64,000 bases of DNA, from positions 90,706,001 through 90,770,000 of the forward strand of contig OZ024743.1 of the NCBI GenBank assembly GCA_964016885.1, in the 5' to 3' direction. Numbering within the stretch: the stretch's first letter is position 1; every line of letters starts with the position of its first letter. Below are positions 25,501 through 38,900 of this stretch, one piece after another. Source of the stretch: Eledone cirrhosa (Eukaryota). The translations under genes were made by a program, and so were the position numbers. The notes below the pieces were generated by a model. It was not told where the DNA came from. It worked only from the letters and a program-made list of their open reading frames with translations, and searched no databases.

Positions 25501-26500
25501 TCCATTTTCACTCCACATAAGTGAGTGGTGACTTTAGCCGATGCATAATAGAGATGATTTAAATCAGTAATGTTTAGTTTGTTTGTGATGATAATGTTTT
25601 TGAGAATTATGTTAGTCTTGTGTATTATCTTTTGGTTCTGTTTGGAGTTCTGGATCTTAGGGAGGGTGTCTCGTTCCCCCATGTCAGATTCTTTCATTTT
25701 CATCCATTCGATCATAATTTCATCCTTCAAGTTGGCAAGTTCATTCTCATTCATTTCTTTATCATTTACGATCTCATTGTTTTCATTTTGAGTTTCATCT
25801 TGAGCATGCACTCCCTCCACTTTTTCGATCCTTTCTTTAATTTGTTCTGTTGTCAGTGATTCCGCCCCAACCCTGGGATTCGAAGTGTTACAATTTACCT
25901 CGTTTTCACTGACACATGTTTCATTTTCCCTTTGCTGACTTTGTGCTAATAGCTTGATCTGATCCATTTCTATATCAGTTAGTAACTGTTTTTAAACAAT
26001 ATATCTTCGTATATTGGCTAGTTTGTTACTGTCAATATAGTTTCTGTTTTCGGGATGTTTCTTTTTCCAGTTGATATATGTCTGTTCTGTATTCAATGTA
26101 TTTTATGTGTAGTACATGGCAGTGTAGAAAGCCTCAGAGACTTCTTTATTATCTTCCCTTGACCATTTTTCTCTCTTTTTCTTTGGATTTCTTGGTGGTG
26201 AGCATGGAGGGCCAACAGTAGGAGTATTCCGGTTAGCTGATTTTTCGACCCCAGTCTGGTTCCTCTCTGAGGGACGCAGCCCTTTTTGACACGGGTGACG
26301 GCCGATCCGGTATGAGATTTAATCATTTGACATTTACCTTATTTTGTCGCGTTTTATCCTTATCCGCCAAGGGGTAATCATTTCGTGTTACCACTTCAAG
26401 GACGAGTGTCAACCAAGACTAGAGGGGTCGTCCTCCCCTAGAGACACGGCTATTCCCCGCCGGCCGCCATCCCGGTATTTCTTGGTCACGGGGTTTTCTT
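22580..26500 (-). mobile_element. R4/Dong-clade RLE LINE, family 1, near full-length with a stop and frameshifts
   Basis: [27 protein letters not shown] (23769-25967); in-frame TAA at 23769-23771; CHVC...HIISMC zinc finger and RPD...EKLSKY restriction-like endonuclease; (TAA)n tail. Confidence 0.9.
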
Positions 26501-26519
26501 TTTTGTTGTTTTTTTAAAT

Positions 26520-27469
26520 TGTTATTATCATGAGTGGATCCTTAATGTGAGCATTGCGTGGCTTAAGAATGAAATTATTAATAATATAATATACTTTTTG
26601 CTGAAGTTGCCTGTTATTGTTGTTAGCTTTGTCGGTGGTGGTCCTGGGGCTTTTTCTATTGTTTGTGAGGAAGGGGGGAGCCAGCAGTGCCATAGTCGTT
26701 GACGTTTGGCCGGTGGCCGGGTCACTAAGTCAATCTATTTATATCTTTTGCTAGCCTCTCCCTTGTCTAGTGATACCGCCACCTTCCCCTTTCTTAAGTT
26801 AACAGAAGGTAATGGGGGAATAGTGGTGGTAGCAATGAAGGAGTGGTGGCGGCGGTGATGGGATAGTGGTAGCAATGATGGATGGAGTGGTGGCGGCGGT
26901 GACTATAGTGATGGCGTTGTCGTTACTGAGTTTTGTTGAATAGACTGTAGGTTGTTTGATCTGTGTATCTATGCGGTTTGTTGCGTATGTTTAATATATG
27001 TGTTGACATATTCTCTTAATATTGGAATTAAACATTTTGTGAAAACTTGAGACAATAATAATAGTAATTATTATTATTATGCTGGGATTGGTGGTGGTGG
27101 TGGTGAAATTGCCGTTATCTGGCTGTTGTATTTAGTGTACACAGAGGGGTGATGGGATAGGTGGTGTATCTAGTTTGTGGTGTTGGTGAAATTGCTGTTA
27201 TTTGGCTGTTCTATATAGTGTAGACAGAGGGGTTTTCTTCCATTTATAACCATTTTCTTTTTTGAATATAAAATGTATGATACAAAATTAAATATTTGAG
27301 CGATATAACAGGATATTATGGATCCGAATTTTCTGAGAGTTGAGTCTGGTGCTTTATGTATCATTTGTACTAAGAATTGTTATTTCACAATTGATTTAAA
27401 TATGTTAAAAATCAAAAACTTACGGGAGCGTTTCATGACCTTCTATCCACCATGTGCGTCTTCTTCCCT
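26520..27469 (-). mobile_element. Possible 5' stub of a Tx1-like LINE, or long 5' region of the R4 element
   Basis: Starts right after (TAA)n with GACG...GCTCC resembling the Tx1 5' end at 16654; Thr/Pro-rich degenerate frames. Confidence 0.3.
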
Positions 27470-27479
27470 ATTATTATTA

Positions 27480-27539
<60 letters not shown>

Positions 27540-27540
<1 letters not shown>

Positions 27541-27915
27541 AGTTATTATTACAGTTATTATTATCTTGCTTTATGTTCATACGAGTTATCACCAAGTCAC
27601 AACCAGTGACCTCAAGAGACAACAAGGTCCGCCATGTTCAAGAAAGAACATACATATTCACACATGCATCTTTAGTGTTTAGACTTGTGATGTACTTATA
27701 TTGACAGAATCCTCCTTAGTATATGGGCAGTTCCCATTAATACTATCTTTTGTATTTCTCCTATACGCGGGTTTCCTGGGATTTGCGATATGTAATCATT
27801 AGACCCCTTAGGTATCATTCCCAGAGCGCCTACAACCACTGGTATTGTTTTAGTTCTCAATTTCCACATTTTTCCAATTTCTATCTCTAGGTCCTTATAC
27901 TTGCTCAATTTTTCA
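27540..27915 (-). mobile_element. R4/Dong family 1 short 3' fragment
   Basis: Near-identical to 22580-22945 (EKLSKYKDLEIEIG...ILSI); (TAA)n on both sides. Confidence 0.9.
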
Positions 27916-28004
<89 letters not shown>

Positions 28005-28006
<2 letters not shown>

Positions 28007-29970
28007 CTTGAATCTCAGTCATTGATGTTGGTTAACTGGAAAGTCCGTTGGAATGAATATCAAGCCACTACCTGCAGCCTCAGATATTCAGGACGTATCG
28101 GAGGGTTCTTGCTGTTCCAAGCAAGCATGCCTTTTGAAGCGTTCCAAAAAGCGTGAAGGGGCCGATTTTCTTTAACCATCCCTGGAAACTTTTGGAGATA
28201 GTCCCCAGTGCGCCTATGACAATCGGGATCACTTTGACTTCATGGCAGTTCCAAATCCTTTTCACCTCCCACTTTAGGTCCTGGTATCGGTTAATTTTCT
28301 CCCTCTCCTTCTCTTGCACTCTCGTGTCGAAAGGGCAGGCCACATCCACAATCAGACACGATCTTTTTTCTTTGTCCACAACCACCAGGTCAGGTCTATT
28401 GTGTTCCAGTTTTTTGTCCGTCTGTATCCTAAAATCCCACAGCACCTTCACCTGATTGTTCTCCATCACCGCCTCTGGCCTATGCTCATACCATTTCTCA
28501 GAATGTGGTAAATTGTTTACTTTGCACAGGTGCCAGTGGATCACCCTGCCCATCACATCGTGTCTCCAGCCCTTATAGTGGGTCTGGGCTAGGTGTTTAC
28601 ACTCGGACACAATGTGAGCCACAGTCTCCTCTCTCTCTCCACAGATCCTGCACAGTGGGCTAGCCTCCTCCTTGTAAATATGGTGCTTCAACCACTTCGT
28701 TTTGAGGGCCTGCTCCTGCGCAGCCATTAGCATTCCTTCTGTAGCCTTTTTGAGGTCTCCTCTTCTCAACCAGTTCCATGTCTGTGGATCTCTAAATTCA
28801 GTTTTCTCAAAGAAGGTACTATGAAGGGATTTTCCCTTAAGGCTGCTCTTCCTCCTTGATGTTATTTCCTCCTTGGACATCCCCTGGCCTACTGTCCCCT
28901 CCTTCAGTACAGTTCTGAGCATTGGCTCCTTACTATAGGTCACGTATTTGTATAGGTTGTTTTTCTCCATCCGAACACAGTCCTCTATGCTGATAAGACC
29001 TCTTCCACCCTCAGATCTCCTTAGGCAGAGTCTATCGACATCACTCCTCTTGTGGAACATGTTGTAGATAGTCAATAGCTTCCTAGTCTTCCTATCCATT
29101 TCTTTTTGTTCAGCAGCATTCCATCTCAGAATTCCCGCACTGTACCTAATAATAGACACAGCTCGGGAATTTACTGCGCTTATGGCATTTCTGCTGTTCA
29201 GATGTGACTTCAATACGCTCCTTACTCTCCGAATGTATTCAGTTCTTAACAATTCCTTCATTTTTTTGTTCTTTATGCGATCAGCCTCCAGAACGCCCAA
29301 ATACTTGTATCCTTCCTCAGAGTCAATTTCCTTTATCATCTCACCTGTTGGTATCTGGATCCCGTTACTTCTGCTCAACCTACCCCTCCTCATCACAATG
29401 ACTCCACATTTACTAATACCAAACTGCATACATATATCACTGCTGAAAATACGGACAGTGTCAACAAGCACATCCAACTCCTTTTCACTTTTCCCGAAGA
29501 GCTTAAGATCGTCCATGAAGAGGAGGTGATTGATGGTAAGCTCTCCCTTTCCCAACTTGTATCCTGCTCTCACTTTTCGCAGCATAATGGTCAAGGGCAT
29601 CAGGGCAAGGACAAACAACAGAGGGGACAGGCTATCTCCCTGGAAGATACCTCTCTTTATCTTCACGCTTCCCAAGGATACTCCAGTTGATGTCAACTCT
29701 GTCTCCCAGGACCCCATACTCCTGCCCAGCAACTGTCTGATGTTATCTGCCACCCTGAAGATCTCCAGGCTTTTGGTGATCCAAGAATGAGGCACCATGT
29801 CAAATGCCTTTCTGTAGTCTATCCATCCCATGGCAAGATCAGTGTGTCTCCTCCTGCAATTCCCCATTACCATCTTATCAATAAGTAACTGGTCCTTTGT
29901 ACCACGTGACTTCTTTCGGCATCCTTTCTGTTCGTCCGGTAACAAGTTGTTTGTGTGGAGGTGATGGTAG
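28005..29970 (-). mobile_element. R4/Dong-clade LINE, family 2, 5'-truncated with an intact 621-aa RT-ZnF-RLE frame
   Basis: ORF 28080-29945: [23 protein letters not shown]...[14 protein letters not shown]...VDVACP...EKINRY; flanked by (TAA)n. Confidence 0.92.
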
Positions 29971-30060
<90 letters not shown>

Positions 30061-30062
<2 letters not shown>

Positions 30063-31375
30063 TACTACTTTTGCTCTGGCAGATGTTATACTGAGATTAT
30101 ACCAAACGAGAGAGTCATAGCCAATGGCCGAAGGTCCTTCGGGTCATTCCTTCTCTTTCAACTTTCTAACACTCACCTTCAAATCCTTGCTGCAACAATC
30201 ACGTTCTGATGGTAATTCCTAGCTTCTCAAGCCATGCATCTAAATTTTTACTAATGACTCCCAGAGCACCAGCCACAATCGGCACCACTTCTACACGTCT
30301 GATACTCCGCAAGTTTCCTGATTTCCCTCTTCAGCTCCTGGTATTTCTCAACTTTCTCACTTTCCTGCTCATTCACCCTATGGTTTCACGGTGAAACAAT
30401 ATCCACAATACATGCCTTGTTATTCTTCTTTCTTACGGCAACAATGTCAGGCTTTCTAGCCTCGATAAAATGGTTACACTGAATGGTCATGTCCCACAAG
30501 ATCTTATAATGTCCGTTTTCATTAACCCTTTCCATTTAATGCTCATACCATTTCCCACTTCTGCTCATGTCATACTTATGACAGAGCTTCCAATGAACCA
30601 ATCTGGCAATGTTGTCATGCCTTCTCTTGTACTCTTTCTGCGTCAGTATCTTACATTCACTAATAATGTGGTTTATTGTTTCACCTTTCTCACCAATATT
30701 GAACTTGATATAGTTCATTCTCAGCGCCTGTTCCTGGGCTGCGAAAATAAGGGCCTCAGTTTCAACTAATCAAAGTGGAACTATACATAATACAAACAGA
30801 AAAAGCGAAAGACTGTCTCCCTGAAATATTGCTCTCTTGATGTTCACAACTCCCAATGTCTGTTTACATGATGTCAGCTCAATCTTCCAACCATCCATAC
30901 CTCTCAACAGAAACTGTCTAACGTTAGCTGCAATACCAAACATTTCCAAGCATTCTACTAGCCATCTATGTAGCACTGTGTCATAAGCCTTGCAGTAATT
31001 GATCTAGGCCATAGCAAGGTTTATGTGTTCCATTTTGCAATCTTTAAGGATCACTTTATCCATCAACAATTGATTCTTAGTCCCCCTGCTTCTTCTCCTA
31101 TATTCCTTCTGCTCTGCAAGCAGTGTCTCCTCCAAGTACTCATACATTGCCTCAGCAATGACACCCGTCACAAGCTTTCACATAAAGGAGAGGCAAGAGA
31201 TAGGTCTAAAGTTGTTAACTTCATTTCCTTTGATGGGGTCCTTCATAAACAAGATCGTTCACCCAAAGGTTAGCCATTCAAGATCTTATTCAGTTGCTCA
31301 GCTATTCTCCCATAAAGGGCCCTCAGCTTTTTCAACCAGAAACCTTGCACACTGTCTCTTGGTGGGAGTTTTCTA
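30061..31375 (-). mobile_element. Degraded R4/Dong-clade LINE, family 3
   Basis: Fragments [12 protein letters not shown] and ETINHIISEC...RRHDNIARLVHW, with internal deletions. Confidence 0.75.
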
Positions 31376-31847
31376 AATGTTCTATGCTATAAGAGTGGGT
31401 GAAATTGATTTTTCTTTACAAAGTCAATATACTCGCATAGCCACAGTCTGTGATTGTATCAAGAAAAATAAATAAAGGAATATATCGCTTCTTGGACATT
31501 GGTTTAGACGGTGAATTCACATAGTCGTTAGAACATCGGATATACTGCTTGCGGTATTCATTCCAGCTCTCAACGCTCTGAACTCAAATTCTGCAGAGGT
31601 CAACTTTATTTTACATCCTTTTTATGTTGATGAAACAAGTACCAGTCAAGTATTGGGGTCGATTCTTCCTCTGTATCTCTGTCTCGCTTCATCTTTATCA
31701 CTCCTTCTCTGGAAGAAATCAGCTGTATTCAAACCAGGAGAAGGTCACACTTCGCTAGGTTGAAATTGCTCGAGAAACATTGTTTGTCACAACTGCACGC
31801 CTACAACACCACAAAAAGTTACAGGTTCATACATACAAACATGGGTT

Positions 31848-32835
31848 TATTATCATCATCATCATCATTATCACCATTTTACGTCCGTTCTTCCACGCTA
31901 GCATGGGTTAGATGGGTTGTCCTGTTGTGGGCAGTGTCCGGTCGGCTGACCTTGTCTTGCTCATACAGGAACTGATTCTGGCTTGATTTCTACAGCTGGA
32001 TGCCCTTCCTAACAACAACCTCATTTACAGTGAGAGCTGGGTGCTTTTTTTTCCGTGGTGGCTACACGTCAACTTTGCAGTAGGAGGGTGTGGGGGTATA
32101 TTATCTATGTGCTTCAGCTTCAGCTTGTTCCTGTGGGAAGTCGGGTCTTCTGTATTACTGCGTGACGCCAGAGGCCACGGTCGTGTGTCATCTTCCTTGA
32201 GAGGTGCAATTGGGTAAGGTGGGCTTTTATCTCCTCATCCCAGGTCTTCTTGGGTCTCCCCACTCCGCGGCTTCCATCGACTTCTAGTGCTCTGCACCTT
32301 TTTATGCAGCTGTCATCCTTCATACGCATCACGTGACCATACCAACATAACCTCCTCTCCTGCACACAGCATTTGATTCCTCTTATGCTCAGTCTCTCTC
32401 TCAATTAGTTTATGCTTTGCCGTTCGCGTATATTACTATTACACATCCATCGGAGCATGCAGGCTTCGTTTCTTTCTAATCTACGCAAGTCTTCCACAGA
32501 CAGCGCCCAGGTTTCACTACCATGCAACATCGCTGTTCGGATACACGCATCATACAGTCTGCCTTTCATTTTTAGGGAAAAGCCTTTTGCAGCTAGCAGA
32601 GGCAGTAGCTCCCTGAACTTCTTCTATCCTGTTCTTACCCTAGTTATTGTACTTTCCGAACACCCACCTCCTGTCTACTGTTTCTACAGAACCCTTCCAG
32701 AGTTTGGTGGTGCTTGTTTCCTGTGGTCGTTTGCTGCTTGCTGCCCCAGCGCAGCTGCTACATATGAAGCCTACAATCTTAGTTAAGCTTCCTGAGATCC
32801 CACTACATCTCTTGTGTACCCATTGTTTGCATTTG
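31848..32835 (-). mobile_element. RTE-clade LINE 3' portion
   Basis: VQERRLCWYGHVMR...GRPKKTW (32120-32404) followed by the shared 3' UTR and (GAT)n tail. Confidence 0.88.
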
Positions 32836-32929
32836 GGGCAGAGGATGGAATTACTACTTACCTTATCTATTTATAAATTTAGTCAAGAGAGGAAAGGGCA
32901 CCCAATGACTTTGGAAGGTCTGTTAAGCT

Positions 32930-33470
32930 CTCCTCCTCCTCCTCCTCCTCCTTCTTCTTCGCCTACATATTCTTGAGAGGGTCGTGGAGGCAGAGCCCTC
33001 AAACATCCCCTCCAGCGGTCCTATCAGAAGCAACCGTCTCGAACTGATTTGGCTGGAACCCCAAGCATGACCAGCAAAACTCATGGATGTTAGCCAACTA
33101 TCTTGCTCGGAGTCTACCCCTGGGTCTCCTGTCCGATCTACGTACTCTATTGAGTAACGTTACTCCAAAGACACGTCAGAAGAACCCTATTTCGGCTGCT
33201 TGTATTCGCGATCGTAATCTTTTAATCATTACCCAAGATTCATGACCATAGGTAAGGGTTGGCACGAATACCAAATTGAAAATAGCAAGTTTGGCTTTTA
33301 CACCTATCTCCCTCCTTCTGATTACTGAATGCAGAAACTGGCGCATTACTGCACCCACCAGATCCTGCAATTCTTGCACTTAATTCAGTCTCCTGCCTTT
33401 CATCACTCATGAATACAGCCCTGAGATACTTGAATTTCTCTACTTGTGGAACTTCAGTGGAACTCCATTA
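32930..33470 (-). mobile_element. RTE (Rex3/Expander-like) LINE 3' fragment
   Basis: KAKLAIFNLVFVPTLTYGHESWVM...IQAAEIGF; (GAA/GGA)n tail; related copy at 54690-55070. Confidence 0.8.
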
Positions 33471-33582
33471 ATAGGCCTATGAACGAAATTCTAAAACTAA
33501 TTTTCTTAACATGCCATTTTTTTTCATTTTGTTTTATATGCATTTTATTTAAGATGTCTGTTTTATTTAAATATTTTTTCAG

Positions 33583-33749
33583 TGAATGGAACTATTGGAG
33601 AGATACATTTTGAAATAAAACATTGTAAAATCTATCTGTACATCACTAAAGTATACACCTTATCTGAACATTTCAAAAATATATGTGCCACTATGATAGC
33701 AATAAATAAAAAGAGAACATTTAAAAGGGTTCTTGGTTGTTTGAGGTAG
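33583..33749 (+). CDS. Gene A last recognisable coding exon (possibly truncated)
   Basis: TTTTTTCAG acceptor; phase-1 frame MNGTIGEIHF...KNICATMIAINKKRTFKRVLGCLR*; TxGxI and NxC are spaced exactly as in gene B; VYDID follows in the +1 frame. Confidence 0.6.
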
Positions 33750-33904
33750 AGTTCACCTGGTATATGATATTGATGATGATGAGGATGATGATCAAGGTGA
33801 AGAAGGGGAAGGAGAGTGAATGGTGGTGACCATGGTGGTGGTTGTTATTGAGATGATGATAACGTTGACAATGGTGAGGTTAGTAACATCCCCACATCTG
33901 TCTC

Positions 33905-34002
<98 letters not shown>

Positions 34003-34016
34003 ATATATGTATATAT

Positions 34017-34087
<71 letters not shown>

Positions 34088-34091
<4 letters not shown>

Positions 34092-35181
34092 TAAACCCAT
34101 GCTAGTAGGCATTGATGAATTACGAAAACAGAAACAAATTCAAGGTACGTTCAATATTCTATCATATATCTCAACACAACCCAAGAAATGCGGAAGCTTA
34201 CAACACTATTCACAAGAACATCCCACTATTGAAACAAGACCCAAGAATGAAAAAAGCCCTTGAAACACACAAAATAATCAAAAGCAAAAGACAACCGAAA
34301 TCACTAAAAACATTACTCACCAATGCCAAATTACCTACCACAAACCCACAACCAAGTGTCAAAAAATGTGGTCGCTCTAATTGTGAAACCTGCACTCCCC
34401 TCATTGAAGGCAACACGTATATATTTAAATCAGGACAAAATTTTCCTGTAAAAAAATCACTTCACTTGCTCATCAAAAAATCCAATTTATGCCATTAAAT
34501 GTAAAGGATGCAATGAAGATTATATAGGACAAACTAACCTCACACTCAGAAACAGAATGACAATTCATCGCCAACAATTACGAGATCCAACCACGAGACA
34601 GATACCACTAAGTGCATATCTAGACATATGCGCAAGTAATAAGACACCAAAATTCCAAGTCTTCCCATTTTATCTTTGCGCTGACAATACAACAGAACAA
34701 ATACGAATAAATAAGGAAAATATGTTTATTCAAAAATATAGACCAGCATTAAATATAGTTTAATATACATTATGTCAACACCATAACATGCTAACCATCC
34801 AAACTCACACATACATATACACACACATAACACCTACTTTAGAAAATATAAACCAGAACTAAATAAACCTTAACATACGTTAATACTCTAACACCTCACA
34901 TGCTAACCACACCCTCACACACACATAACTTCCTCCCCCATTTCTACTAACGGAATCATTTTCCTACACACACACACAAAATATATATATATATATTCTC
35001 TCCATCTTAACATGCTAAACATTTTCCTACACACACACACACAAAATATATATATATATATTCTCTCCATCTTAACATGCTAAACATACTCCCACACACA
35101 CATACACACATACACACACACACATAACACCCATACACACACACTACTCCCTCCCCCATTTCTACTAATAGAATCATATTC

Positions 35182-35243
<62 letters not shown>

Positions 35244-35880
35244 GCACACAAATAAACATACTTTCTTTATTTCAATAGAAAGTCTGAATTCTGACACCCC
35301 AGCACACTAGCCATATTCACTGAACCAGAACAATTCTCCCCATCCCGTTTTTCTTGACCAATATCTTTTGTTTGGCACAAAATTCTCTAAAAGGCTACAA
35401 AATAAATTCCCAAATACGGGCGCGAAATTTAATGTACTTGTTCACGTGACAGTCATAATTTCATTTATAACCAATCAAATTACATTTATAAAAAAAAGCC
35501 TTCGCGAGCCACCTTTTTTAAAGTAAAAAGAAATTCAAACACAAACTAGCGCGAAAGCTGATGTGCTTATTCACGGGACTGCATCAACCAACCAAACTTC
35601 AGGCAAATATAATAAGAACATTGTAACGCGAACTGGCGCGAAATTTATTATACTTATTCACCAACCAACCAAATTACTTCTCTAAAAACCAGCATTTCAA
35701 GCCACTTTTTTCCATATAAAACAGAAGTAACATTCAAAGACCAACCAGATGTGAGAAAAACCACAAACCCTCCACCTCAATTCTACTTTTGAAAAGCAGA
35801 AGAACTGTGACACCAGTAAAGGAACCAAATAAATATATATTTAAAAAAAAAAAGACTCCAGTTGCATTTTCGATTTCATC
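34088..35880 (+). mobile_element. 5'-truncated Penelope-like element (Neptune-like GIY-YIG) with putative 3' UTR
   Basis: KRQPKSLKTLL...CGRSNCETC...IYAIKCKGCNEDYIGQT...RNRMTIHR...KENMFIQKYRPALN; bounded by (TA)n; 3' limit approximate. Confidence 0.8.
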
Positions 35881-35886
35881 TTTTTT

Positions 35887-35945
<59 letters not shown>

Positions 35946-35946
<1 letters not shown>

Positions 35947-38900
35947 TAGTTGACGTACTCAGCTTCGCCCGGGTAAACAGATGATAAGAGAAGACAGGTA
36001 AAAGAGAAAATTACTGTATTGGATGTTTGTCTGGTTACAGTATGAGGCGAGTCCGTGGTGTCTGTGTGATACAAAAACAGTAAAAAACATCTTCCAGATA
36101 TACCAGATTCTTTGTTGTACCGTGTATGCATAGTATATGAACAATTCTAGGTGCTCCCACCTAGAATAGTGACTTCTAGGAGATGGTTAATCTTCTGCCT
36201 GACTGTAAAACGTGTATCATTGCATAGACGTGGTTGTTCCACGTTTCTCAAAAGGATGATGGAAGTTCCAATCTTTTATATTATATGTAGATATAGATAT
36301 AGATAATTATTATACAAATGCCAAATTAATATGGATATGGATAACATGCTCATCTATAAGTGGTCAGCTATAATAATAAAACAACAAATTATATGACACA
36401 AAAATTTATTCTGTAATTTCCAGGCTCATAGCCACTGAGTAATAGCCAGTAAATATTGTCCAGAGTTCAACTCGGGGAGGTGGCCTGGTTTGAACTCCAA
36501 ACGGCGGATCCTTCTACTTCGAAAATAGAATCGTTTTTCAATATTACTCTAGCCCTGGCCGGCCATAGGATCCAACCTTTTTGCCAGACTCAGCATATGA
36601 TGAGGTTTTATTACCACCGCAATCAGAAGCGATAAATATTCTGCCAAAAAGCATTCAAATTAGGGAACACCCAGTCAATCAATGCTTGGCGGTCTAGTGG
36701 CATGACCAAATGGTCTGGGATTCTTACAGTCTGATTATCACCAACGTGTGGAAATTCATCGTTTCCCAACTGCATCAACCATCGGCCGTATGTCTCAGCC
36801 TCTTCGTTTTGCCCGAACATACGAAGTCGCATATTATCGTGTAATCGCAAAACTCTGAAATGGTGCCACAACGGGGACTTTTTCAGACATGCATCGACAA
36901 TTTGCGCTCTTTGAGCATTCCTAACAATTGGTAGCACCTGTCTGAAATCGCCACCAAGAACGATAGTCTTACCACCGAATGGCAGGTCACTACCGCAGAT
37001 ATCTCTCAAAGTTCTGTCCAATGCCTCCAGCAAATATCTGTGTGCCATTGGAGCCTGTCCCAAATAATCAGAGATGTATTGTGTATAAGGCCCGGGAATT
37101 CACTTTGTCCTGTAATGTTACAGACACTCAACTCATCCGGAGCCAATGGAGCCTTGAAGTATGAGTGGAACGTCCTTCCACCACTCAGCAAAGTGGCAGT
37201 GATCCCACTGGTGGCCACAGGGAGAGCAATCTTCCTCAGAGCTCTGACTGCCGGTAACATAGTGTTGAAACAGAATGTCTTTCCGGTGCCTCCTGGAGCA
37301 TCTATGAAAGCACAAAGTTGCTCATTAGTGGAAATCGAGTGGAGAACGCCATCGACCAATTCTCTCTGAGATTGGGTCAACATTGGCATACGTTCATCCA
37401 CAATACGTTGCTGTTCCAGTGGATCAAACTGGAATAGTTCCCTCCGATCTAGTTTCAACCGTCTAAGCTGCAATCTCATGTTCAATGCTAAGACACGTTG
37501 CCGCATTTCTTCATCAGGAATTGGCAAATTGAAATGTCTTAAACATTTGAAATGAACTTCAAGCATTTGCTCAATATTGAGCAAAACAATAGCTTTCATC
37601 AAATTTTCATCATCGACCTGAAGATGATGACTAAAATCATCAGCGATAATTCCCCCATGGCGTTCAAATAACTCTCTTGGATCGGCAGGATTGCAGAATC
37701 CTAGAATCGTGACAAACAACTGCCTTATTTGAGCTGGCATCTGTGTTGTTCCTGCAGCTTCCATGGCGTTATTCCATTCAGCATCATCCTGAAGGAGTCC
37801 CAGATGCTGACACATAGCCTGGTATGTTTCATATTCCACACCATTGATTGTTTTCAAATCAGCGAAGCTCTTTTACCTCTCGAAAAATCATTATGCAACA
37901 GAATTCGGAGATAAAACACATCACCAGATGCGGGATGGACATTACAAACCCGTCCAATAGTCATGAATCTCAACTTTTGTTTTCTATCATTCCATTTCTT
38001 TCCCTTCTTATCCTACGTATAGTGCGAAGGGAAATCGCAGTAGAGTTGCCTTTGATCCGGGTTCAAAGCATGTTCCCTATTATGCTTGAACCACTCAGTC
38101 AATTCCGTCTTAGGAGATGGTGCGTTAGCAATTCTTTCGACACCTCTTCTAGTGTCCTGAAAACAGATCATTTGCCTATACTCTAGGTGAACCGTCAGTT
38201 TCTGAACGCTGGGTTTGCGTTCATTGAGATCAAAATCGAACAATCTCCAGTAAGCTTCGCTAGATCCTGTCAACTTCTTCTCCTTGGTTCGCTTCCTCAT
38301 TCCTGACATTGATCATTGCCCCATCATGACCTTTGTAAACATATTTGAATAGATATTTGCAAGCTTTCACTGAGCTAAAAATTTCCATATTAATATGACA
38401 ACGATATTTCATAATCAAATATGGATTGTATGGCACAACCCATTGATTTGTAACCCGTCGACCGTTTACATTTTCGACCAAACCGCCATCTGCAGGCGAC
38501 CGGCTTCTGTATGAGGGATGAGCATCCCCATCGTTCCAGGAAGTGTTCGCGACTAAAGATTTGCATTGGCCATTTTTCATGCAAGGCGCTTTCCGATTTG
38601 CTACTCCGCATTGGTTGTGCACCATTGACTTTGTCACCAAGTTGCGTAGTGCCTCATTCTCCGGCAGTTCAGCACACACAACGCTGTCGACATCCTCAGC
38701 TCATCTCAATTTGCAATCGCTATGTAAAATGATCAGAAAATGTGCATGTGGCAATCCTCTTTTTGGGAATTCAATTACGTATGTAAAAGCAACTATACCT
38801 CCAAAGATTCCCTCTTTTTCCACATCATCCATTATCTTTTTCAGATATCCTTTGAATACTCTTGCCACAATATCAGGACGGTCTGTTGGCTGTTGTCCTG

